A stretch of DNA of 64,000 nt from Octopus vulgaris (taxonomy: Eukaryota): positions 39,432,001-39,496,000 of the forward strand of contig OX597814.1 in the NCBI GenBank assembly GCA_951406725.2. The letters run 5' to 3'. Of this stretch, positions 28,947-40,673 are shown in pieces. Numbering within the stretch: position 1 is the stretch's first letter; every line of letters starts with the position of its first letter. The notes below the pieces were generated by a model, which was not told where the DNA came from, ran no database searches, and saw only the letters and a list, made by a program, of their open reading frames with translations. The translations under genes were made by a program, and so were the position numbers.

Positions 28947-29016
28947 CTACTTATAAATGTTCTAAGATCATCACAGCCGTGGTTATTTTTATCTCATTCT
29001 GAATATATATATATAA

Positions 29017-29165
29017 CGTCGTCGTCGTGACACTCTGTAGCGTTCCAGTTGATCCGATCAACGGAACAGCCTGCTCGTGAAATTAACGAGCAAGTGGTTG
29101 AGTACTCCACAGACACGTGTACATTTAACGTAATTCTCGGAGAGATTCAGCGTGACACAGTGTGT
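29017..29165 (-). mobile_element. SINE family C 3' fragment
   Basis: gttccagttgatccgatcaacggaacagcctgctcgtgaaattaacg matches 54233-54345. Confidence 0.85.
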
Positions 29166-29319
29166 ATATATATATATAGTCAGAAATACATTCGCCACTA
29201 AGGTGACTATATACATTAGTCAACACTAGTATTGCTTGAAGTAAGAGTAAAAATAACTCATAGACAATAGAAAGCACTTATCTTAATGGCTGACAAGGTA
29301 AGCAAGCTCATCACCACAT

Positions 29320-29385
29320 CCGAGTATAGCCAGATCACCATTGATTTCCCGTTTCTATTAAGGCTCCTCAGTGGCTCTCACTCGG
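29320..29385 (-). ncRNA. Type-I hammerhead ribozyme motif with extended stem I, intact core
   Basis: CCGAGTG-ag-AGCCA-CTGAGGA-gCC(ttaatagaaac)GG-GAAA-TCA(atgg)TGA-TC-TGGCT-a-TACTCGG; weak stem II. Confidence 0.75.
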
Positions 29386-29661
29386 CTCCTAGGTATAAAC
29401 TCAACTTGCCTTATCAGTTTGAACATACATACATGCATGTATGTATATATATATATATATATATATTTCTTTATTTATTTATTTTATGATCTGTGTGTGT
29501 ATGTAATAGATTTAAATGTATTCATGAGAATTTAAGCCTATATATGTAGCGATAATGCATCCAGATACACGTATATATGGGTATACATATGTACATATAC
29601 ATTTCAGTACGAGTTGTATGTGTAGATGTTGATATGTATAAATAAATGTGTAAATGAATAA

Positions 29662-29703
<42 letters not shown>

Positions 29704-29729
29704 ATATACCATATATAGGCCTCTATTGT

Positions 29730-29762
<33 letters not shown>

Positions 29763-29827
29763 CCTATATACCATATATAGGCCTCTATTGTATACATATA
29801 TATATATATATACATATATATATATGT

Positions 29828-29892
<65 letters not shown>

Positions 29893-30529
29893 TATGTATA
29901 CATATATATATATATAAAATTTTCCTCTCACACCGTCTCCGATGAACCTAAGACGCCAGAAATGGTTTGTACAATGACATAAATTTCACATAGAAATACA
30001 TCAAGTATTGGTAAGTAGCAAATCCACTTTAAGCGATAGAGGTGGAATACATCACACACACACATATGCACATAAACACATATATACACTGGAATTTACG
30101 CGAGCATATTTAAGTATACTGGATGTATGTAAAAATACATCCGTATGTATGAGTAGAAATATATATGTATATGTATATACTTTTTTTATCCAAGGGGAGA
30201 CAATGTGTGCAACAACAACAAGAAACATTGCAAAATTCAAAGATAGACCAAACACATACACATCTTATATATTAATGTATATCTAAAGAGTCCGACATTT
30301 AAAAAAATTAAAAAATTCAGTAATATTTAAGTATTATATACAAATAAAAATATAAATATAAATATAAATTTTGCATATAACACGCTTAAAACGGTTAGAA
30401 TAAGAGAAATAAATATAATGATAATAAAATAAAGACCTGGCATATCTAAAGACGAATAAAATTCCGGTGAATAATACATAGAATATAATACATATACAAT
30501 CTTACAAAAATATAAAATATACCGAAGTC

Positions 30530-30622
30530 CATCTACGGGCCGTGTCAGGGATATGCCAATTAATATTAGACATATCAACACTTAAAATAGTACTTAAAAT
30601 TGGCACTCCCCTCATCAGGATG
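30530..30622 (-). ncRNA. Type-I hammerhead motif with long stem II, one core substitution (GACA)
   Basis: CATC-CTGATGA-GGGGAGTGCCAATT..AATTGGCATATCCCT-GACA-CGGCCCG-TA-GATG. Confidence 0.7.
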
Positions 30623-31290
30623 CCATGGTATATATATATATATATGGTATTAATATTAACAGTACGTCTTCTGAAATTTATTGTGAAGGGCGTGTTGGAG
30701 TGACAAATAATGCAAATAGTAGAGATAATCATAATAATGATGTCGGTGATGATAGTAGTGATTTTAATGATTATCAGGGTGGTAATGATGGTGTTAACAG
30801 TAGTGGTAATGGTAATAAAAATATTAGTATAAATAAAAATAAAAATAAAAATAAAAAGGATGGTAATTGTAAGAAAAATAATAGAATAATTATACCGGAA
30901 ATAGTACGAACGATGGTGTAAATGATATGGTGGATCGCAGTACTGGGAGGAGGCATGGTTTCGGAGTGATCAATAATACGGGGCCCCGTAGCAGGTTGAA
31001 CAAATGTAATTGTTGAACAAATGTAATCGGACCCCTCAGAATGTCCGATTAGCGGAAATTGTCGCTAAATATGGTGTTAAGTCTCAAAGAGGCCAGAGAA
31101 AAATATATATTGGAAGCACAGTAGACTTTAAGTAGTGGTATCGATCCCACCTGAGCTCTTTGTTGTTGCTCGCATTGCCTCCCATTGGATAAAAAAGTGT
31201 ATAAAGCTCATTGGAGCACTTCTATTTCCAGTCCGTTGTATATCTTGAGCGTTGTTGTCACTCAAGATATAACTTTATATTTTGTAAATA

Positions 31291-31366
<76 letters not shown>

Positions 31367-31996
31367 CTATGTGTTTGCGGTAGAGATGATGGTGTGTTTG
31401 TGTGTGTGCGTGCGTGTGTTTGTCTAAGTTTAATCAGCATCATAACGAACCGGAGCAGAAGAGCTCCTATGCTTAATTGTATCTTGCAATTCTTCTCACG
31501 TTCACCACAACTGTACATACACTTTCCCTCTATCGTTTAACTTACTTCTTTTAAATCAGGACACCGAAAATCACATTTGAAATAAATGGTAAGTGAGAAA
31601 AAGGCATTATTAGCTCAACCTCTAATATTATTTTAATCCTATCCACAAGTGCGGGAAGCTAAATGTGACTTGGCCTGGTCTTTATTTAAATATTTTCAGT
31701 TAATCATAGGGTTGACCGTTATTCTCTTAGAAGTAATGCAATTATATTAGGTAGATATAAACAATTGTACACGAGTAAGTCAGGAAAATTAACTAATTTA
31801 AGAACCAAATAATAACTAAGGTTACTTATTAGTTTAATCTGTTAATACAGAGTCCAACAGTTTTTATTATTAACTACCTGATGAATATTGCAAATCAAAA
31901 TGTTATTACTCGGGTCTCTGTTGTATCACAGTGACACTGAATATTTATTTCGCTGGTGAATAAAACTTAGCAATGTAATTATCAGATAAAGGAAAC

Positions 31997-32031
<35 letters not shown>

Positions 32032-32887
32032 CTCACACACACACCACATAGATGCATATAACTTTTTCATTTATATCATTAGTTTTTTTATGTATTTTAT
32101 TTTTATTTTTGGTTTTGTTCATAAATATTGCTTGCACAAATATGATACGTATAACATAGATCCATTAAGAAAATGAACAAGTAGAAAATAAAATCAAAAT
32201 ATATGTATTTGTCCAGAATGAAATCACAATGAATCTGAACAATAGCGATGAGTTATTACAGTTAAAGTCAACGTTCAGATATTTTCTTGCCTATACGTAG
32301 ATATTTTATGATTATTCTGATGGAATGAATGACGGAAATAAGAGTGAGAAAGCGAAAGAGAGGGATGCAGTAGACATAAAATTTGAAGAAGTATCTTGCA
32401 TTCATATTAAGAGATTTGCTGTATAGATCTACAGCATTACGCCCATACAAACATATGTCCATGAAATTGATCTTTTATCGGCAAATATGTCTACAATCTG
32501 AAATACACTCAGACAGTCTTGTCATTTTGTCGTGAATGATCACGGATAAATTATGAATAAAGGTTCGATTCAGTGCCAAAGGATTAAAAGATTCACAATC
32601 CATCTCGAATCAAAATATTGCTTTGTTGGCAATGGATTAAGGGATTTTATTATGTATTACTATACATACTGTTTCGGTAATGGATTCTGGCAGGAAAACA
32701 AGAGAAATAATTCGTAAGGATAGGAACTGAAACAGTTTATATTGAACAGTACAGCTTGGGAACGGAAACTATTTGAGAGGCTATAAGTACACACTGCATG
32801 CATACGTACGTACATACATACATACATATATATATATATGTACACACATATCCATTCATATATATATATATATATATACATACATGT

Positions 32888-33230
32888 GGAGGCGCAATGG
32901 CCCATTGGTTAGGGCAGCGGACATGCAGCCGTAGGATTGCAGTTTCGATTCCCAGACCGAGCGTTGTACTTATTGAGCGAAAACCCCTAAAGCTCTCCGA
33001 GGCTCCGGCAGCGGGTGGTAGCGACTCCTGCTGTACTCTTTCACCACAAGTTTCTCTCATCCTTTCTTCCTATTTCTGTTGTACCTGTATTTCAGCCTTG
33101 TTACACCCTGTGTCACGTTGAATCACCCCGAGAACTACGTTAAGTGTATACGTGTCTCTGGAGTGCCCAGCCACTCGCACGTTAATTTCACGAGCAGGCC
33201 GTTCCGTTGATCGAAATTACTGTAACCTAC
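32888..33230 (+). mobile_element. tRNA-derived SINE family C, near full
   Basis: TGGCCCATTGG A-box, GTTTCGATTCCC B-box; colinear with 54204-54573. Confidence 0.9.
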
Positions 33231-33306
33231 GTGTGTGTGTGTATGCGTGTGTGTGTGTGTGTGTGTGTGCGTGCGTGCGTGTGTGTGTGTGTGCGTGTGT
33301 GTGTGT

Positions 33307-34861
33307 CGGACAAAAGCCCCATAGTTAACGTGTGAAAAAGGACACGGTTATATTTTTCGATTATCTTTTTCTTTTTTGCTTTTTCCACCTTTTTCTTGTT
33401 TCAGTCATTGCCCTCAGAGCAAGCTGGGGCACCGCCTTGACATTTTTTTATCAAAACATTTGTATCGACGCCAGGATTTTTTGTTTTCCTTTTTACTTAT
33501 TGCAGTTATTAGACTCAGGCCATCCTAGGGCACCACCTTGAAGAATATTTAGTTGAACGTAACGATCCCAGAATTTTTTTTATGATTTTCAACCAGCGCA
33601 TGAAGTTACGTCTAGAAGGTATCTCTACATACTAGATATAACAGCCAAATCTCTTGAAATATTTCATAACCCCTCGGTTTTTTTATTATCTAAAAGTCGT
33701 TTGACCTGTTTCAGTCAATGAACTACGGCCATATTGGGCACCAGCTTCAAGAACTTTTGGTCACAGAAAAATCAGCATTTAAAATATATATTTAAAGTCT
33801 TTTGTTTTCGTCTCTCAGCACTTACAGAAGATTAATGAGAATAAGTTGACCTTTTAAACTTTCTCCGGCTGCTGAACGTCTACTCAATCAAACGTACTTC
33901 TTAACGTTTTTATGTTTCTACATATTTTTTGAAGGAAATGCTTTCCCTTTTGTTAAAATTCAGACATTATGTACAATGAGTATTAAAGAGTCTTATGTTG
34001 TTATTCGATTATTAATGTTAAGGTTGATTTATTTTCAGTTTCAAACTTTAAAATTATTCTAAAAACGAGCCAAATAATTGAAACGCAATAAGGACATACA
34101 TGCTTTGACACCGTTTTACGATTAAATATATTTCGCTTACTTAAAACTTTGAATTTTGGAAAATAATTTTATTTATAACGACAGCAGTTTCCGTTTTGTT
34201 AACGTGAAATTATAAAAAAACAAATTGTAAGAGTTCGCTGTTATTTCTAGCATGTGGAGAAACCCTCTAGGCTAAACTTTATGTTCTGGTTGATAATCAC
34301 CTAAAAAAGATTCTGGAGTCGATACATTTGACTAAAAATTCTACAAGGCGGTGCCCCAGCATAACCGCAGTCCGGTGACTGACATAAGTGAAAAGATTTT
34401 TTAGAAAATAAAAAAAGCGAAGGATAACGAAAAAATATAACCGAGGTTGGGGGTTATAAAATTATTCAAGAGGTTTGGCTGTTATTTCTAGCTTGTAGAG
34501 AGACCTTCTAGGTTTAACTTCACGCGATAGTTGAAAACCATCTAAAAATAATTCTGAGGTCGATACAACCGACTAAAATTTCCTTAAGTGGTGCCCCAAC
34601 ACGGCCGCAGTCTAATGACTGCAACAAATAAAAAAGGAAAACTAAAATATCACAGAAGTAGTTTTAATCAAGCATAAAATAAAATAAATCTGGGTTTCAT
34701 ACAGCTATCAAAATTTCTTCAATAGTCTGATAACTGCAACAAGTAAAATAAAAATTCTGAAGTTGATACATTCAACTATAATTTCCAAAAACGAAAAAAT
34801 AACCGGAAAATATAACCGTGGGGCTTTTGTCCGAAGGGCTTTTGTGCTAGGGAGCTTTTGT
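33307..34861. mobile_element. Foldback/MITE-like non-autonomous element with long imperfect inverted arms
   Basis: Termini cggacaaaagccccatagtta / taaccgtggggcttttgtccg; 33480-33690 is the reverse complement of ~34423-34655; flanked by (TG)n. Confidence 0.7.
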
Positions 34862-35699
34862 GTGTGTGCGTGTGTGTGAGTATGTGTGTGTATGTGTGTG
34901 TTTTATGTGCTTGTGCATATGTAGTTGAAATTCACAGAAAAAACAGAAGACGAAGAGAGGTGTATAAAGAACAAGCAGTTGTATTAGTTTGGAGAGAAGG
35001 AGTGTATTCCTAGGCAAGAAAAAATACAGGAGAATTTTTTCTGAGAAATGAAAATGCACCTGAATCTAAAAAAATCTGTAGCCACTTTTAAATTGATTTA
35101 TTCAAATACTAAACTCGTTTCGACAATTTTTCGCTCACGAATTGTAGAAATATAGAAAAACGGCTTAGGAGAGTTTAAGGCTCCAAGGTATAAATTGGAC
35201 AAATATGTTTAAACTATCAAATATAACTAAACTTTCAATAATGTATATTTATGATCGTCGAATATTTTCATTGACATTACTATCTATCCCTGGTACAATC
35301 ATTGTTTTTTATGTGAACATTTGATGGTTTAAAAATGTTTGTCCAATATTTACATTGTTTGATAAATGCCGACGCATGTATCTCTCACTTGGAATCACTC
35401 AGTTATTTCTGGTAAATAATAATAAATAGTTTCATATAGTCATATTTTGAGTTTTTACACTCCATTACCCCACCCTTCCTTTGTTTCTTTCGCCGTAACT
35501 ACTTTTACAACTTGCAAGATTAATGTTCTTTATCAATCTTTATATGTTCGAAATCTGTGGCACAAAATCCTGCTGTTCAGCGACGCTAGTTTTCCTTGCT
35601 TTACTACCTACCTATGCATTCTCTACTATTCTCATCTCTCACGCTCTCTCTCCCGCTCTCTCACCTGTTCCTCCTCCTCTCCTTAAGTGTATGTGTGTA

Positions 35700-35940
35700 T
35701 GTATAGTCGCCATGATAGAACGTTAGCCACTACACACATTTTTTTCTCCTTCTTTCTCTCCATGATTTTTTCTGCGTCCCTTTCTGTAGAAGAGCGTAGG
35801 CTAGAAACGTAAAAGACTTTTTCTATTCCTGAGCGTTATACTAATACATCTGTTTGTTTTGTACACCACCTGTCTTCGTCTGTTTTTTTTCGTAAACTCC
35901 CTGCCTTCGTCTTTTGTTTATTTTCATAAAGCTTCCCGTT
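35700..35940 (+). mobile_element. Penelope-pLTR-like repeat with a variant hammerhead motif (35780-35815)
   Basis: CTTT-CTGTAGA-A-GAGC(gtag)GCTA-GAAA-CG-TA-AAAG; downstream ttcctgagcg..taata shared with 27880-27965 (-). Confidence 0.6.
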
Positions 35941-36460
35941 ATATATATATATATATATATATTACTTTTAGAGAGGGTATTTTAGTTGACTTTTTTCCAT
36001 TCAAACTCAATCCTTTTTCTTTTTTTCGATTAGATTTAGCTGTCTTCGTCAGCGGAAGCTAGAGCGTATTGGGTTCAGGGGTGTGGAATTTAAAAGAGTA
36101 TCAAACTATCACAATTAGAAATGATTACGTTAAGATTCAGTTATTTTCCAAACCTTACCTTCATCCATTCAGTATTCATCAGAGCATCAGTGTGCTTAAT
36201 GCCAAGAGGTTGAAAATAATCCCAAAACAAAATCATTAAAAAAATTAAAAGGAAAAAAAAACCCTGAATTATTATAAAAATTCTAACTTAAGATGCTATA
36301 AAGTGAAATATACATCACCTCTAATGTTTCGAGTACAAGACACGCAAGCTCTAACACGCACACACACGCTCCCACACACACACCATATATAAGTGTGTAA
36401 AAATATATATATATACAAATACATACGTGTAAATATATATGTATATACATCTTCATATAT

Positions 36461-36550
<90 letters not shown>

Positions 36551-36742
36551 AAGAGTAAAATTAATTAATCAATTAATAAATAATAATTTTACCAAGTATT
36601 TCAGTATGTAAAAACAACCACTATCGGTAAACTTATGCAAAAATCGTATAATTATGAGCATATAATTATAATTATGAGCATTATAATTATGCACATAGTT
36701 ATAGAATATTTGCATATATATATATATACATACATACGTGTG

Positions 36743-36830
<88 letters not shown>

Positions 36831-37109
36831 CATTCATATTTGTATATGTATACTATTTTTTTGTAAAATTAAACTAGTATGGTGATCATGCTCGCTGCGG
36901 GACGGTTATCTCCTCTCTCAGAACATAGACGTGTGCTTTTTTGCGACTCTAAATGTCTTTACGTCTCATTTCTAGCAATGTACGTGGTAGCCATCAGCCA
37001 CAATTAGTGATAATTAAATTCTCCCTTTTCTGTTTTATACTGCGCATAGCTGCCTTCGTTATTTTTCATATGTTATGTATATATATTTTCTGCTTTTAAA
37101 GTATACTTA

Positions 37110-37290
37110 TTTCATTTAATTACACTTCGACCGTGCTGAAGAGTTTTAGTAGAACAAATTGAGCTCAGTATTTCTTTATGTGAAAACAAGTACTTATTCT
37201 ACCCAATTACTTTGTCAAACCGACAGTTTGCAGGGAGGTAAACAAACCAACTCCGTATGTCAAGGGGTGATGGGGAGAAATGCATCCACA
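37110..37290 (-). mobile_element. Degenerate SINE family A 3' half
   Basis: agtacttattct...gtaaacaaaccaac...tgtcaag similarity. Confidence 0.55.
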
Positions 37291-37511
37291 AAGACACACA
37301 TACATACACACACGCATACATACATACAAACACACATACATACATACATACATGCATAAATAAATACATACATACATACATACATACATACATACATACA
37401 TACATACATTATTTAACATACTTGAATCCGGGCTTCATATGACTTAGGTTTTTCAACGGAAACTTACAAAACTTGCACTCGCTTAGGGCGGAATAAAACA
37501 GGTTTTCATAG

Positions 37512-37860
37512 TAAGGTAGCGAGATAGTAGAGTCGGTAGCACACCGGACGGAATCGTTATCAGCATTTAATCTGTCTTTACGTTCTGTGTTCAAATACCA
37601 CCGGATTCGGAAAAAGAGTACCAGTTGAGCACTTGTGTCGATTTAATCGATTAACTCTCTCTCCTGAACTGCTAGGATCAAAATTTGAAATATAAGCAAG
37701 ACTGTGTGGTACGAAGCTTACTTCCCAAAAACATAGTTCCGGGTTCAGCTTCAACGCGTGGAACTTTGGGCAAGTCTTTTCTATTATAGCTAAAGGCCAT
37801 CCAAAGCATTGCTGGTGGATTTGGTAGAGGGAAACTGAAAGAAGCCCGTCTTATATACAT
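37512..37860 (+). mobile_element. Adjacent SINE B (37512-37690) and SINE A 5' half (37698-37860)
   Basis: cgttctgtgttcaaatacc..gagtaccagttgagcact; tgtggtacgaagct..ctttgggcaagt..ggatttggtagag.gaaactgaaagaagcccgtc. Confidence 0.8.
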
Positions 37861-39061
37861 ATGTGTGTGTGCATGCGTGTGTGTACAATGGTGACACTGG
37901 CATCCGACTGCTCGGGCTTTGCCCGAGTATAAGTTTTGTAAACTAAACGTGTATTTTCAAGCTGATTAAATTTCTACCAACAGTGACTTCAAGTATATAA
38001 TTGCAGCAAAAACATGGGCTCCTTTTACCTAACCTGGTCGCAGTTCATTTATTTTCGCTGTGTCTGGCGGTGTCTCAGAAGCAGACGTTTTCTAGACATT
38101 GTTCACACGCACCTAACACATGAGTTACAGCCCGAGTATAATGGTATAAATTAAAAGTAATTCAAATTGAATGTTTTCTTAAAACAATATATTTCTATAC
38201 AGATCAGTATTTAAATTCCAATCTATGAAAAGTTTCCGTTCTACAGTATTTTTCAAGGAATACGAATTTAGCCAGCAACACAGGCTAATACAAACGAGCC
38301 TAGTATGTGTAAAAGAACTAACTGGCATCTTTTGTCAAGAGTACAGGCGAGAGTTAGACCGCCGATTTTTGTTGTGCCTTCCGCTATCGTTATCTGATTG
38401 CTGTTATTCTGTGCGTCTATGAGCAAATATCAGTTGTATTTTGCAGAATTGCTTTACTTTAATCCTTGACATAGAAATGGAAAAAGACATAGTGCTAGAT
38501 ATAAAAGTTAAGACATTTCAAATGAGAAATAAAGCAGAAAAGCGTGAAATTCTTCGAGCAGGCATATTTCTTATATAAAATTGATAAGTCCGAGTGACGT
38601 CGATGATCTGGAGTCGCTTCTGATATATATATAAAATGCCAAATAGGACAAGAACGGAAAACATCCGGACAGCTAGGTGATACAAAACGGGACAACAACG
38701 CATATTGATAGAAGATACCAAAAAAAAAAAAACAAGTACGGGTCATTCGAAACCCTCTATCCTCAGTCAAGCACCAGATTATCCTCGCAGTTTCGGCTGA
38801 TTATTCTTGGGATTACTCCAATCTGGCCAGAGCATTAGATTCCGTGGAAGAAAGCAGCGAATGTATACACAAATATAAATACAATAAAAATAACAGGACA
38901 TAACAACAGGTGTCTTCCGACTAAGGATGAATTGAATGATGCTGGCGCGCGTGGAAATGAAGATTTACGGCAGAGATTCAAAGTTTTCACAAATACAGGG
39001 AAGAATATCGATGTCGCACGGACGACTGTAAGACCAAGAAAGAAAGAAAAGTGTGTGTATA

Positions 39062-39320
39062 CATATGATGGTTGTCTACTCCTTATACAGAGTTTGACCA
39101 CCTCCTATACCTACACCTTAGCACCATCATGGCGTATGACGTGGCTTTTTAGACCAGACAGTGTTCTGAAAAGTCACCCACATATATTGCACTTCTGATT
39201 TGAACCACCAATACCTGCAGATAAGTTCTGCTCTTTGTGAATCTTAACATGTCTTTTGGGGCCTCTGTTGGATGTGCAAACATTCTGGCATACACTACAT
39301 TCGATGGTGTACACAGACAA
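39062..39320 (-). mobile_element. RTE-like LINE 3' end with C2H2 zinc-finger remnant
   Basis: Minus-strand CNICG*LFRTLSGLKSHVIRH followed by a short 3' UTR. Confidence 0.55.
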
Positions 39321-39666
39321 ATAATCAGAATAACATAACCGAAACTGGTTTCACAAGAGTACATGTGGATTCCAAACTGTCTAACAATGTTTATATCTAA
39401 GAAAGGCGTGAAAGTTAAGCGTATACATTGAGTACTTATTCCCTTAAACGCGAAATCAGTGAGCAAGTAGTTCAGTTCATTCATACTCAAAGTCGAAATC
39501 GATAGTTATTCATTTACTTTTACAGAAGAGCATGTCTGAATGGATATATGCGTCTATATATAAGCGTGTGTCTGTGTTTGGTTGAGCATGCGTGATTATG
39601 AAGTTATCTGCCTCTCTCACTCACTCACACTCTCTATCTATCTCTTTCATTACATATACGTATATA

Positions 39667-39717
<51 letters not shown>

Positions 39718-39734
39718 GTGTATATGTATGCATG

Positions 39735-39775
<41 letters not shown>

Positions 39776-39795
39776 ATATATATGCATGTATGTGT

Positions 39796-39877
<82 letters not shown>

Positions 39878-40642
39878 ATATACATACATACACTTATACA
39901 CAGGCATACATATACTGCCTGTTGTACATAGACATATGCATGCAAGCACATATAGATATACATTCATGTACAAACATATCCACCTGTACACATACACACA
40001 GACGCACGCACGATGACACAAAGACTTTGTATGTAGGTTTGTGTATATGTTCGCTCATGTCTATGTTTCACTGTACGCGTTTGTGTGTTATGCGCGCGCG
40101 CGATAGTTTCGGAGAAAGAAACCGATAGCTCAAAGCAAACTTTACTTGTCACAAAATTTGATAAATGTTATACCTCCAGAGATTTTCATGAAATAGGACG
40201 TTTTCCGTTTTAGAGAATTCATGCTAGCAACCATCTTAAAGTCAAGGAGGCCAGCAACTCCTGTCTAATGGATGCACCATGAAGATTAATTGCGAATCTA
40301 TTTTACTCCCTGGTACCTAATCAATATCGATAGATTGCTTGGATTAGAGAAATGTAACAAAATGTTATCTGACTTTAGGGATTAAATATGTGTCACCTAC
40401 ATTATGCTGATTTGTATTAAAAAAAAAATCGTATAAAAATCCTACCTTTGTTCTTAAATGCATATGTAGATGTACGCACAGCTCCATATGTGTGTGTGCG
40501 TGTGCATGTGTGTATATCGGTGCGAGTGCATGTGCCTCTGTATCTATATATGCGTATATATATGATATATATGTATATATATATGTATATACACCCATAT
40601 CTATATGTATATATATATATATATATATGCATGTATATACAC

Positions 40643-40673
<31 letters not shown>

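Larger units (their letters stand above)
28019..28999 (+). mobile_element. Non-coding retrozyme/Penelope-pLTR-like unit: two ~115-bp HHR-bearing direct repeats flanking a pyrimidine-rich spacer
   Basis: ctcacaccgtct..tgaagggata..GAAACAGCTGTAAGAC..tataaatg.tctaa..acagcc.tggtt..ttttatctcatt at 28019-28137 and 28889-28999. Confidence 0.75.

Noticed and set aside
32888-32960. Possible tRNA gene
   Set aside because: It is the head of a multi-copy SINE, with no proper acceptor stem or terminator
36015-36058. Minus-strand CTGACGA...GAAA
   Set aside because: No stem III or stem I partner
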